Assembly: GCF_964213995.1 (NCBI RefSeq)
Contig: NW_027590144.1
Location: 1,178,001-1,242,000, forward strand
Reading direction: 5' to 3'
Source: Mustelus asterias
Lineage: Eukaryota
Length of the DNA stretch: 64,000 nt
Positions 35,250 to 47,585 of the stretch are shown here, in pieces (position 1 is the first letter of the stretch; every line of letters begins with the position of its first letter). Made by a program: the position numbers and the translations under genes. Under the pieces are notes generated by a model, which searched no databases, was not told where the DNA came from, and was given only the letters and a program-made list of their open reading frames with translations.

Positions 35250-37045
35250 CTGATCCGAATTTTTACAGGTCGGATCCAACTTTGCAGTTCTGCCGCATGC
35301 AGTCCTGAATGGTGGTGGACATTTAAGCAATTAACCGCAGCAGGAGCCTCAAATAAAACCCCATTCTTAATGATGGAGGAGCTCAGCAAACGGTCAAGAA
35401 ACAAAACTGAAACAATTGCTACCATCTTTAGCCAGAAGTGTCGAGAGGATGTTCCATCTCGGCTTCCTCATGAGGTCCCCAGCATCACAGATGCCAGTTC
35501 CAAGCCGTTCAATCCATTTCACAGGATAATATCGGAACAAGTGTAGGCCATTCAGGCACGGGAGCCCGCTCCACCATACAATATGATCATGATTGAATTG
35601 TGGCCTAATCCTGTGCTGGAGGCATTGGACACCGCAAAAGGTATTGGTCATGACAATATTTCAGCAGTAATAATGGCAATTTGTGCTCTGGAGCTAGCTG
35701 CGCCCAGGCCAAACTATTCAAGTATAGCTACATCACGGTCACATAAACAACAGTGTGGAAAATGGAAGACATGTCCTGTCACAAAAGGCAGGGCAAATCC
35801 AACCCGACCAATTACCGCCCAATGCGTCCTCACTCGATCAACGTAATAGAAAGTATCAAGAATCAGCAATAATAATAATCTGCTCAATGATTCTCTCTCT
35901 GGGTCCCACTCGGAGCAATCGGCTGCAGAAATCATTTAAACTTAGTCCAAATATGGTGGAAATAACTGATTTAATAAGGTAAGGTGAGAGTGCCTGCCCT
36001 CGACAACAACGCAGCCTTGACAGATTAGGGCATCAAGAAGCCCGAGCAAAGCTGCAGTCAATGGGGATCCGGGGGTAAACATTCCAATGGCTTCAGTCAG
36101 ACCGAGCACAGATTAAGATGGCTGCGGTTGTTGAAAGCCAATCATCTCAGTCAGAAGGAATTGCTGCAGGAAGTCCTCAGGATAGTGTGCTCGGCCTAAT
36201 CTTCACCCTTCATTGGAAGGTAAGAAGTGGGATGTTCACTAATGATTGCACAGTGTTCAGCACATTTGCTCAGATACTGAAGCAGTCCGTGTCCATATGC
36301 AGCAAGACTTTGAACATATTCAGGCTTGTCTGAGGAGTGGAGAGTAACATCCATGCCACACAGTGGCAGGCAATGGCACTCTTCAAGGAAGAGAGATTCC
36401 AAACATCTCTCTTTGACACTAAATGGCATGACGACCGCTGAAACTCCCACTATCATCATTCTAGGAATTACCGTTGATTAAAAACTGAATTGGGACAGCC
36501 ATGTAAATAATATTGCTACAAGAACAGGTCAGAGGCTGGGAATTGTGTGTTGAGTAACTCATCTCCTGACTTCCCAAACCCTCTCCATCATGTACAGGGC
36601 AAAAGTCAGGAGTGTGATTGAATATTCTCCACTTGTCTGGTGTGTGACCCTGAAGCAACACCCAAATATCTCGATACCACCCAGCAGAAAGCAGGTGGCT
36701 CGATGAACGCCACCACACCACTTTAAGCATTCACTCTCTGCGTCACAGATGTACAATTCCAGTAGTCTGAACTATACACAACTTGTATAGCAGCAACATA
36801 ATCCTTCGATAGCACCTTCCAAACACATTAACTCTGGCACTTAAAACGACAAGGGCAGCAGATGCACGAAAACACAATTACCTGCAAGTGCCCAACAAAC
36901 CCACACGCCATCTTGACCGTATATTTCAGTGTCAATGGATGAAAATCTTATAACTCCCTTCCTGTCAGCACTGTGCGTGTATTTACTCTGTGGAATTCAA
37001 TGGTTCGATAAGAGCGCTCACCACCACATTCTCAAAGTGAAAAAC
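35250..37045 (+). mobile_element. Decayed L2/CR1-like LINE
   Basis: Remnant RT motifs: aattaccgccc (NYRP), GSPQDSVLG, MFTNDCT. Confidence 0.7.
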
Positions 37046-37058
37046 TTAGTGGCAACAA

Positions 37059-37384
37059 TGTTTTTTTGTATTTTTCCAATTCAATCAAATCAAGTCCAAT
37101 TCAGAGTCTCAACAAGTTGAGACATTTCCGATCCAGGCTGGCAAGACAGGGCAAGCGACCAAATTACCCTGCCCTGGGCCTGATCTACATGAGCCAAGCT
37201 GATTGGAGGAGGGGGAGGTTTCCTCCTCCAAGGCTTGATCTCATTTGCATCTTAGCCAAAAGGCCGAGATGCCGCTTTTAAAAATTGCTTCATATGAAAC
37301 ATATGAAGCCTAAATGTGACCCAATGACCTCAACCAAGCGCAGCATTCTCTTCATACTACACTTGATCTTAGCCAAAAGGCCGA
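37059..37384 (-). mobile_element. U2 snRNA-headed short retroposon with A-rich tail and 11-bp TSD
   Basis: Minus strand starts TCGGCCTTTTGGCTAAGATCAAGTGTAGTAT (U2 5' region), has a second TCTCGGCCTTTTGGCTAAGAT internally and ends ggaaaaatacaaaaaaaca. TSD agtggcaacaa at 37048-37058 and 37385-37395; empty site in copy A at ~19286. Confidence 0.85.
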
Positions 37385-37644
37385 AGTGGCAACAAATGCT
37401 ACTTTACCAGCGATACCAAAATCTCATAAAATAACTTCGAACATGTCATATCTCTGCTTATATTCAACTAGCCCCCATATCTGTTTGTATTGCAATCGGC
37501 CATGTCTCGATCACATTACAACATGTCCTATCTCCGTTATTTCTCTACTCGGATCATTATCAGTTGTTCCTACATGAGGCCAAGACGCTAGTTCGACGAT
37601 ACTTTCTGAGTTATAACTGTGCTGAACTATGTTTCAGTTAATAT

Positions 37645-37945
37645 GGGCGGCACGACGGCACAATAGTTATCACTGCTGTCCGATAGCACCAGGGACCTGG
37701 CTTCAATTCCCAGCTATGGTGACGTTCTGTGTGGCGTCTGCATGTTCTCCCTGTGTCTGGGTGGTTTCATCCGTGTCCTCCGGTTTCCTCCCACAGTCCG
37801 AAGGACGTGCTGTTTAGGTGAAATTTGGCCATGCTAAATTCTCCCCTAAATTCTACCCGAACAGGTGACTAGGGGATTTTCACAGTAACGTAATTGCAGT
37901 GTGAATGTAAGCCTACTTGTGACACTAATAAATAAGCTTTAAAAC
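37645..37945 (+). mobile_element. HE1/V-SINE-type SINE
   Basis: gggcggcacg head; V-domain ctccggtttcctcccacagtcc. Confidence 0.8.
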
Positions 37946-38104
37946 TTTAATCTGTCTGTGTCTCAATTCCTGCTGCATCAGAACATTTATCTGTGTATAC
38001 TAAACTGAAACAACATTCTTGCATTACAAGTGTTTCGGTCACAGTATTTGCTTGAATAGTTCATGAGATCAAATGAACTCGATCTTGTTTTAGTTAGAAC
38101 TTGC

Positions 38105-38550
38105 CTCTGAGGAACAGTTGAGGACTCTGGGTCTGTACTCGTTGGAGTTTAGAAGGATGAAGGGGGGTCTTACTGAAACTTGCAGGATACTGCGAGGCCT
38201 GGATAGAGTGGACATGGAGAGGATGTTTCCTCTCGGAGGAAAAGCTGGAACCAGAGGGCACAGCCTCACGCTAAAGGGGCGACCCTTTAAAACAGATATG
38301 AGGAGGAATTCCTCCAGCCAGAGAATGGTGAATCTGTGGAACTCTTTGCCGCAGAAGGCTGTGGAGGCCAGGTCATTGAGTGTCTTTGAGACAGAGATAG
38401 AAAGGTTCTTGATTAATAAAGGGATCAGGGGTCATGAGCAAAAGGCAGGAGAATGAGGATGAGAAAAATATCAGCCATGATTGAATGGGTGGAGCAGTCT
38501 CAAAGGGCCGAGTAGCTAATTTTGCTACTCTGTCTTATGGTATGGTCTTA
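38105..38550 (+). mobile_element. CR1-type LINE 3' end
   Basis: ORF 38118-38456 LGLYSLEFRRMKG...WNSLPQKAVEA; gtcttatg tail. Confidence 0.85.
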
Positions 38551-39082
38551 ATGCTGCATCAGTCCATGTATGTGTTTATTTGATCCTGAATCTGCCTATA
38601 TTTCATGCGACCAGGTCACTGTTATTAATGCACTGGATTATGCCTCTGTTTGAACTATGGCCGCATTACTCTACACTTCTGTGAGGAGGAGAGATAATAC
38701 AATACATAAATATACTGGGCTAAAAAACAACTGTACTCAGCAGGATCCTGAAACAGAAAGTATTGGATCGACAGTGCATCCAGCGCAGGGTTTGATATCT
38801 ACTTGCAATGCAGTCAGCAGAATTGGATTTCAGATATCACTTCTTCCAGTGCCCAAGACCAGTCTCCATCCGACAGAGTTGTGTCTGTCGGAGGATGCAG
38901 AGAAATGTGTTCCCCCAGCCACTTTTCACATTAATGCGCCTTATCAAGTGCAGTAATAACTGAGTCCTTGCCCAATATAAAATAAACATTTACATAGTCA
39001 AGTGCAGAACTCAGACCGCATCCAGTTTAGTACAGAGACAGGTCTACATTAATAGAAGCAGGGTCACTGTCGAGCTTAATAT

Positions 39083-39733
39083 AGTAAGAAGTCTCACAAC
39101 ACCAGGTTAAAGTCCAACAGGTTTATTTGGTAGCAAATACCATAAGCTTTCGGAGCACAGCTCCTTCGTCAGATGGATTGGATATCTGTTCTCAAACAGT
39201 GCAAACAGACACAGAAATCAAATTACAGAATACTGATTAGAATGCAAATCTCTACAGCCAGCCAGGTATTAAATGTACAGACAATGTGGGTGGAGGGAGC
39301 ATTCAACACAGGTTAAAGAGATGTGTATTGTCTCCAGACAGAACAGCTAGTGAAATTCTGCAAGTCCAGGAGGCAAGCTGTGGGGGTAAGTGATAATGTG
39401 ACATAAATCCAACATCCCGGTTTAGGCCGTCCTCATGTGTGTGGAACTTGGCTATCAGTTTCTGCTCAGCGACTCTGAGCTGTCGTGTGTCGTGAAGGCC
39501 GCCTTGGAGAACGCTTACCTGAAGATCCAAGGCTGAATGCCCGTGACTGCTGAAGTGTTCCCCAACAGGAAGAGAACAGTCTTGCCTGGTGATTGTCGAG
39601 CGGTGTTCATTCATCCGTTGTCGTAGCGTCTGCATGGTTTCCCCAATGTACCATGCTTCAGGACATCCTTTCTTGCAGCGTATCAGGTAGACAACGTTAG
39701 CCGAGTTGCAAGAGTAGGTACTGTGTACCTGGT
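39083..39733 (-). mobile_element. Penelope-like element 3' part: GIY-YIG endonuclease plus terminal hammerhead (39140-39176)
   Basis: Minus frame YSCNSANVVYLIRCKKGCPEAWYIGETMQTLRQRMNEH...VGEHF...EQKLI...GLN; CCAT CTGACGA aGGAGC tgt GCTCC GAAA gcTT ATGG. Confidence 0.9.
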
Positions 39734-40647
39734 CGATATATAGAGCTTAATGTAAACAGAGGTATGGTGATGTGTAATATAAAGAGAGACAGCATCTAGT
39801 TTAGTAGAATCAGAGAGCACATCTAGTGTAATATGAACAGAGACAGAACGTTCTTTAATACAAACTGACAGCGATTAGTTAATTTAACATCAGCAGAGTA
39901 GGGTCACAGACGAGTGCAATATAGAGACAGGGCCTAGTGTCCCATCAAACATTCCAAGGACAGGTGCAGCATGTGTTTAGGTACCGAATGTTAAGTTCCC
40001 TCCACATTGCAACATTAAACATTCCCAAGGCAGTTGTAGCACGGGATAGATACGAAGTGAATCTCCATCTCCACTGTCCCAATCAAACATTCCCAGAAAA
40101 TGTAGGTTGTTTAGAAACAGTAAAACTCTCTCCACACTGTCCATTCAAACAATTGGGTGGCTGGGACAGGGCGAGTTAGATCCAGGGAATGACCATTATA
40201 CATTTTGGAGAAAAGCTCTCTCGATATATTGCAATTAATTGAATTAGATCCATTTAGTTAGAAGCCTATTAATATGACTGAGAGAATATATTAGCTGGAG
40301 TTTGACTTGATGTTGTTGACAATGACCTATCGTGGAGAGACAAGACAAGACACCGAATCAGGAGAAAAACACAGAGAGATAAAGCACAGGAAATCTATAC
40401 AAATATATTTGCCGCGGCCCTTTATTTCGAGATTAGAGGGAATCTTTCCTACTTTTGAACACAGAGATGATCATAGCCTTTTTTGCGCATATAACAGATG
40501 AAGAAAAATTTCCAAAAAACAATCACGACTGGAATCCGTTGATTTATATGCATGTTTGTCTATTTCTGTGCTATGTTGATAGGGAAATTTTTGTTGTGTT
40601 TTTCGCAATTTATTCTGGGATTGCAATTTCTCTGTTTATTTACACAA

Positions 40648-40930
40648 AGTAAGGAGTCTCACAACACCAGGTTAAAGTCCAACAGGTTTATTTGGCAGCA
40701 CAAGCTTTCTGAGCCTCAAGCTCCTTCTTCAGGTGAATGAGGACTTGTGTTCACAAACAGAGCATATAAAAACACAAACTCACTTGACAAGATAATGGTT
40801 GGAACGCGAGTCTTTACAGGTAATTAAGTCTTAAAGGTACAGACAATGTGAGTGGAGAGAGGGTTAAGCACAGGTTAAAGAGATGTGTATTGTCTCTACC
40901 CAGGACAGTTAGTGAGATTTTGCAAGCCCA
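40648..40930 (-). mobile_element. Penelope-like terminal fragment with hammerhead motif (40699-40735)
   Basis: Homologous to 39083-39365; CTGAAGA...GAAA core. Confidence 0.8.
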
Positions 40931-41342
40931 TATTTACACAAACACCTCACTGGTTAGAATGGAGTATCACGGCAGCAAAACCAGATAAACAGTCACTCAT
41001 TGAATCGTTTCAACTCAAAATAACGGTTTAATTTAAGTATATTGACAGTTGCTTCAAATGATTAGAAGCTTCGTGAAAACCCATGAGAGCAGATGCTATT
41101 TAATTTAAAAAAAGATACATTCTGATCAAAAATTTGTTCAGAGTATTCTGATGTCAGATAAAACATATTTGAATATTGGTATTCCACGGATTGTCAATTT
41201 GATTGATGATTTAATCTACTTAAACTGGACAAGTTAAGACATCGGGCAGCGGAATGAATACAATCACATTAATCTCAGAGCTTTCAACATATCAAATCCT
41301 GCATTCTGTAATGTTAACATTTGGAAAGAACTTGCAATTAAT

Positions 41343-41710
41343 TCATGGAAACATAGAAACCCTACAGTGCAGAAGGAGGCCATTCAGCCCGTCGAGTCTG
41401 CACCGACAACAATCCCACCCAGGCCCTATCCCCGTAACTGAACATATTTACCCTGCTCATCCCTCTAACCTACGCATCCTGGGGCACTAAAGGACAATTT
41501 AGCATGGCCAATCAAGCCAACCCGTCCATCTTTGCTCTGTGAGCGAAACCCGGAGCACCCAGAGGAAACCCTCGCAGACATGTGGAGAATGTGCGAACTC
41601 CACACAGACAGGGACCCAAGCTGGGAATCGAACCCAGGGCTCTGGAGCTCTAAGATAGCAGTGCAAAGCACTGTGTCACCGTGCCGCCTCAGTGTGCCAC
41701 CGTGCCGCCC
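41343..41710 (-). mobile_element. HE1/V-SINE-type SINE
   Basis: Reverse head (gggaatcgaaccc ... ccgtgccgccc), V-domain and catagaaacc tail. Confidence 0.85.
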
Positions 41711-42534
41711 GCGTTTATATAATGCGTTCCTCGACCTCAGGTCGCCCCAGAGCATTTAAAACTCTCTGGCGTATTTTCGCTGAGTTTATTCACTGCTATA
41801 ATATTGGGAATGCAGCAATTGTTTTGGGGCACAGCAGGCTCCAACAAACCGAGATGTGATAAATGAACAGAAATTTTGTGATTTTAGTTGAAGAATGAAT
41901 GTCCCAGGATACTGGGCAGAACAGCCCCAGAATTAAATTATCGAGATTTCTGGACTCCGCAGTGGTTTGCATTGTTTTAATCATTCTCTGGATATGGGCA
42001 TCACTGACAAAGTCAGCATTAATTGCCCATCCTGAGAAGGTGGTTGTGAGCCACCTTTTTGAAAATAATTGCCCTCTGATCGGTTTTCTTTGTGTTTGAC
42101 TTTCTGCAGCAGCTTTTAAACACCTGAATGGCTCTTTCGGTAATTTCAGAGGAACTTAAGTGTCAACTCCATCACTGTGGAACTGGAGTCACCTGTAGGA
42201 CAGACACGGAAAACACAGTGTTTTTTATTAATTCTTGGGACTTGGGCGTCATTGGCTGGCCAGCATTCGTTGCCCATCCTTAGTTGCCCTTGAGAGTCAA
42301 CCACATTGCTGTGCCTCAGGAGTCACATGTAGGTCAGACAAGGTAAGGAAGGTAGATTGCTTTCCCTGAAGGAACATTAGCGAACCAGATGGGTTTTTAC
42401 AACAATTAGCAATGGTTTCAGTCATCAATAGTTTCTTAGTTCCAGATATCTTTTATTGAATTCAAATTCCACCATCTGCCGTGACAGGATTTGAACCCAG
42501 GCCCTCAGAACATTAGCTCAACATTAGGTAGCTA

Positions 42535-45050
42535 GTAACTAGGAGTGGGAAAACGTCATTCGAGCCTGGTCCTTGATTCATCATGATCATGGATTATTTC
42601 CTATCTCCAGGCCCCATTGTTGCATTCTGCCCACACCCCTTGAATATATTTCTTGAATATATGCAGTGATATGCATCCACAGTCATCTGTGCTAGGTTCA
42701 CTAGCCTCTGGCGTAAAGAGAACTTTCCTCATTTCTGTCCTAGATTGACTATCCTGTGGCTTGAAACTGCATCCCTGATTTGAGACTCCCTAACCAGAGA
42801 AAACATCGCTCCATCATCTACCCTGTCCAGCCCTTTGAGAATTTATTTAATTATTTATACATTTATTCATTACTGGTGTCACAGGTAGGCATATATTAAC
42901 ACTGCAATGAAGTTTCTGTGAAAATGCCCTATCGCCACACTCCAGCGCACACTGAGGGAAAATTTAGCATGGCCAATGCACCTAACCAGCAGATCGTTCA
43001 GACTGTGGGAGGAAACTGGAGCACCCGAAGGAAACTCACGCAGACACGGGGATAATGTGCAGAATCTCCACAGACAGTGGCCCAAGCTGGGAATCGAGGC
43101 AGCAGTGCTCGCCACTGTGACACCGTCCTACCCTCAGTTTATATGTTTTATATGTTTCAATCAGATCTCCTCGCATCCTTCGAAACTCAAGTGAATACAT
43201 GACGTGGAGATGCCAGCGTTGGACTGGCGTGGGCACAGAAAGAAGTCTCACAACACAAGGTTAAAGTGCAACATGCTTATTTGGAATCACGAGCTTTCGG
43301 AGCGCTGCTCCTTCATCAGGTGAGTCAAGCGAATAAAGGCCCAGTCGAATCAATTTCGCCTCATAGGACAGTCCCAACAATCTCGGTATCAACTGTGCTC
43401 TCCACAGACCCTTTGTTATTTACTGAGATCAGGACTCCATGTAGTACACCAGGTGTGGTCTTATGAAGGCCCGGCATAACCGCAGTAATACTTCCCTAAT
43501 TCCGAACTCAAATCTTCTTACAACGAAGGTCTTCCGAATTGCTTGCTGTGCATGCCTCTCCAATCTCATTGACTGGTGTACAAGGACACCCAGATCCATT
43601 TGTACATCACACTTCCTAATATATATTGCTTTCTGCTTTACACACCAGTATATAACTGCACATTTACCCACGTTGTACTGCACCTTCCACGTGTCCAACC
43701 ATTCACACAACTTGTCCAGATCACATTGAAACCCCCCTGCATCCTCTTCAGAGCTCACAATTCCGCCCAGTTACGCATCGCCAATCGTTTTGGACATTTG
43801 CATTTGATTCCCTCATCCAGATCCCACAGTGGCAAAGTGCCAGGGACCTGGGTTCAATTCCTGGCTTGGGTCACTGTCTGTCCGGAGTCTGCACGTTCTC
43901 CCCGTGTCTATATGAGTTTCTTCCGGGTGCTCCGGTTTCCTCCCACAGTCCGAAAGACGTTCTGGTTAAGTGCATTGGCCATGCTAAATTCTCCCTCAGT
44001 GTACCTGAACAGACGCTGGAATGTGGCGACTCGGGAATTTTCACAGTAACTTCATTGCAGTGTTAACGTAAGCCTACTTATGACTAATCAATAAATTAAA
44101 AAAGTTGGGACCTTGTGGTACCCCACTATTCGCTGACTGTCACACGGAAAGAGACCCATTTCTTTCCACTCTCTGTTTCTTATCTGTCAACCAATTCTAT
44201 ACCTATGCCAATACCTTACTCCCCATCGCACGTGCTTTAATTCAGCCTACGAATATTCTCAACATTCTCAAATATCTTCTGAAAGTGCAAATATACCACG
44301 TACACTGCCCCCGCCCCCCACCCCCGCCACAACGCGACCCCTTACCTATCCTATTATTTACATCCTCAAAAAACGCAATTAGGTTTGTTAAGAAAGTCAT
44401 GTCCTTCTTAAGCCCATGCTGGCTTCATCAAACTCCGTTCATGCTCTCCAAATAGTTTGCTATCATGTCTTTGATAACAGTCTCTAACATCTTTGTTGAT
44501 GCTAATGCCAGTCGGTAATTCATCATTTTTACTCTCGCATCCTTCGTATATATCGGGGTTACATTTGTCACCCTCCAATCTGTAGGAACTGCTCCAGCAT
44601 GTATATAATTCTAGAAGATGACCAGCAATGCATCCAATATTCCCACGGCCATTCTCGTTCATACTCGGGGATGTAGATTATCAGGCCCTCGTGATTTGCC
44701 AGCATTTCACCTTATGATTTTCCCCAGAACGATGTTCCTAATACGGGTTTCCTTCAGTGCCGTCTTTCAACTAGCCCATGGTTCCCTAACATTTCTGAGA
44801 GGGTATTTGTGTCCTCTTTTGTGAAGATGGAGTCAAACTTTGTGTTCTATTCCTCCAACATTTCTTTGTTCCCCATTATAATTTCCCTGGATTCTGACTG
44901 CAAGGTACTTATTTATCTTTACCAATTTTGGTCCCCTCAGATATTCATAGAAGCTTTTGCAATTAGTTCCTATGTTCTCTGCAATTGTGCTCTCATACTC
45001 TATTTCTCCCCTCGATCATTTTGTCATCCTTTGTCGAATTCCTAATCCTC
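42535..45050 (-). mobile_element. Decayed CR1-type LINE with nested SINEs (~42875-43130 minus, ~43825-44100 plus) and a Penelope terminus
   Basis: Remnant ORFs FIRPHLVY, YSLEFRRMRGDLIETYK and GVPQG-type motif near 44110. Confidence 0.75.
43287..43323 (-). ncRNA. Minimal type-I hammerhead ribozyme motif (Penelope terminus)
   Basis: TCAC CTGATGA aGGAGC agc GCTCC GAAA gcTC GTGA, stems I and II fully paired. Confidence 0.8.
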
Positions 45051-45879
45051 AGGCTTTATGTACCTTAAAATTTCCTCTCCTGAAAGACATTAGAGAAGAA
45101 GGTGATCTTTGACGAAATTTTCTTGGCTTTATGATTGTTGTTCATTACACAACGATGTTTGTTTCAGCTTACTCAATTAATTCAATTGAAATTCCCCAGC
45201 TGCCAATGTGGAATTTGAACTCCTGTCCCCAGAGCATTACTTCAAGCTCCTGGAATACTAGCTTAATAAAAATATTGCTATACTAAGTCTTAGACTGCGG
45301 TATCATCACATCTAATAATGGAATAACTGAACATTCAGCATTGGGTCACGGGTTTCATCATGAGCTCAGGTATCTGTTGTGAGAATTGAACGCATTATAA
45401 TCAAAATTGATGTTTATTCCACTGAGATAAGACTATTAACTGATCACAGTTTGTGTTTTGACATTATGACATGTAGCTCAGTGTGTCTAAAGTCTGATCT
45501 GTGTCCAGCATTACAGGGATGCATTTAATTGTCAGAAGTAAGTCTTGTCCGAGCCTTGAATCTTATTCTGACACGATGGCAATGATTAATGGGAATCCAT
45601 GTAAAAGTTCCATCAATTCCTAAAATGACATCGGGAAATATACGAGGCAGAAGGTCTTATAGATCTTTACGTTAATCATGCATGAACTGCACTATCAGAA
45701 CAGCTGAACGCTGAGTTTATTTCCCTTAGAACTGAGCAGTTTATGGGAGATTTAGTACAGAAGTTCAAAGTTATGAATGGGAATGTTTTATTCATTAGGC
45801 AGCAACTGTTATCTACTGGCAAGAGGGCTAGCATACAGAAGACACTGCTTTATTAGTTATGAATTAACTGAATCATCCC

Positions 45880-47150
45880 TCTGATTACGTTACAAAAGTT
45901 CATACTTCTATTTATGTTGTACCAGACCCAGTCTTAAATTATACGACAGTAGACACTGTCTCTCTTTATACTGCATCCAGTCGTTTCTCTTGTTATGCTA
46001 CACTAGGCCATCTCTCTATTTATACTACATTAGGTCCTCTCAATTAGTACTAGAGTTGACCAGGGATCTGATCATATTACATCGAATCCCATCTCTTTTT
46101 ATGTTACACAGGATGTGTCTCTTTACATCACATCACAGCCTGTCTCTGTTAATCCAACATGTGACTATGAATATGTTGCCAGTCGAGATATTATCAATAA
46201 CGATATAATTGGGCGTGCATGTCCGATACCAGTCATTCTTGCTTGGAAGAGTAGGTTTATTTTTTTGCTCATATCTCAAAGTAGCCATGAGAAACAAGAT
46301 ATTGCGGATGCATGAGATCTGAAAAAAGAAATGCCGGAAACACTCAGCAGATCATAAATGGAGTGGTATTAGTGTACTTGTCCAATTCTCTCTCTCTCCT
46401 TCCTCAGACAGTTCCTTCATTCTCTCGGATTCATAACATTAGATCATATATCGTTATCACTGAATTAGGCTATGATTCCGTGGAAGCTACGATTGATCTT
46501 TTTTTTCCACAGAAGGATCATGTATATGCGTATATTTCACTAAACATTGAGTTCAGATTTATCACGCTGTACCTCCTTCAGTTATTACTGTATTTCATCA
46601 TGTAATATTTTTTTCTTGCACAGGAGTTGTCTCAGTTATGACTGAACGAGACCATGTCTCATTTTATCTTTCTTTCAGCAATGTATCTGTGTATATAATG
46701 CAATCTGAAGCATGATTTATTAATGCACTGGACCTTGCTTCTATAACGGCTACAATTAACCCTGTCTCAGTTATTTGACAATGTTCACTGCAATAATACA
46801 TTTGGTGCAGTCTTGTACATTAATGCACTAGGCCATGCCTCTTTATATACTGCATTTGACTCATTTGAATCATTATTGCAATAGACCTTGTATCTGTTTA
46901 CACTGCATTATATGCCGCTTCATTAATTAATACATGAAGACATGCCATGATCAATGCTACAAATCATCATTTCTGAGCTGTTTTGCTTAGTCAAGAGTCC
47001 ACTTACGTTACATTAGGCTCCATCTCAGATATTTTTGTGCGAGGCTCTATGTCATGCACTATTGAACGCATCCGTGAGTCATTTTGTATTACATTGCGTC
47101 CTCATAATAAAGCAGACACTATCTCAGAAATACTTTTCTATAAAATGCGT
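45880..47150. repeat. Degenerate ~30-bp satellite array (forward); reverse-orientation array at ~51020-52070
   Basis: tgtctc(a/t)gttat(a)..tgcactagac units; reverse-complement aataactgagacag units downstream. Confidence 0.65.
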
Positions 47151-47389
47151 CTGATACATGGAACGAAAGAAAGAGCCAGTGAGAAGTATAGGTGGATATT
47201 AACTTAAAAATGCAATATAATTATGTGGATGAAAGGGGTTCGTCTTGTTAATAACTATTAGGTGTTGCGTATAATTGCTCTCGTATTGTGTGCGATATTT
47301 TGTTGAAAGCTTGGGACGAATCTTGTAACATCCTCTTGTTCAAAGGAGATTGAGGAACAGAATAAATATATGCCACGTTGCACTGCAAA

Positions 47390-47585
47390 TGGACACTGAG
47401 GGGCAATTCAACATGGCCACTCCAACTGACGTGTACATCTTTGGACTGTAGGAGGAAAGCGGTAAACCTGGAGGAAACCCACGCACGCATGGGGTGAATG
47501 TGCAAACTCCACACAGATAGTTACCCAAGGCCGAAATGGAACCTGTGTCCGAACGTCTGTGAGGTACCACTGCTAACCACTGTGT
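47390..47585 (-). mobile_element. HE1/V-SINE-type SINE fragment
   Basis: Reverse V-domain ggaggaaacccacgca and head cactgctaaccactgtg. Confidence 0.75.

Larger units (their letters stand above)
27911..42212. repeat. Tandem segmental duplication, copy B
   Basis: Same ordered unique blocks as copy A, substantially diverged, with copy-specific TE insertions. Confidence 0.88.

Noticed and set aside
37249-37384. Functional U2 snRNA gene
   Set aside because: Only ~31 nt of U2 is present; no Sm site or 3' stem-loops; flanked by a TSD.
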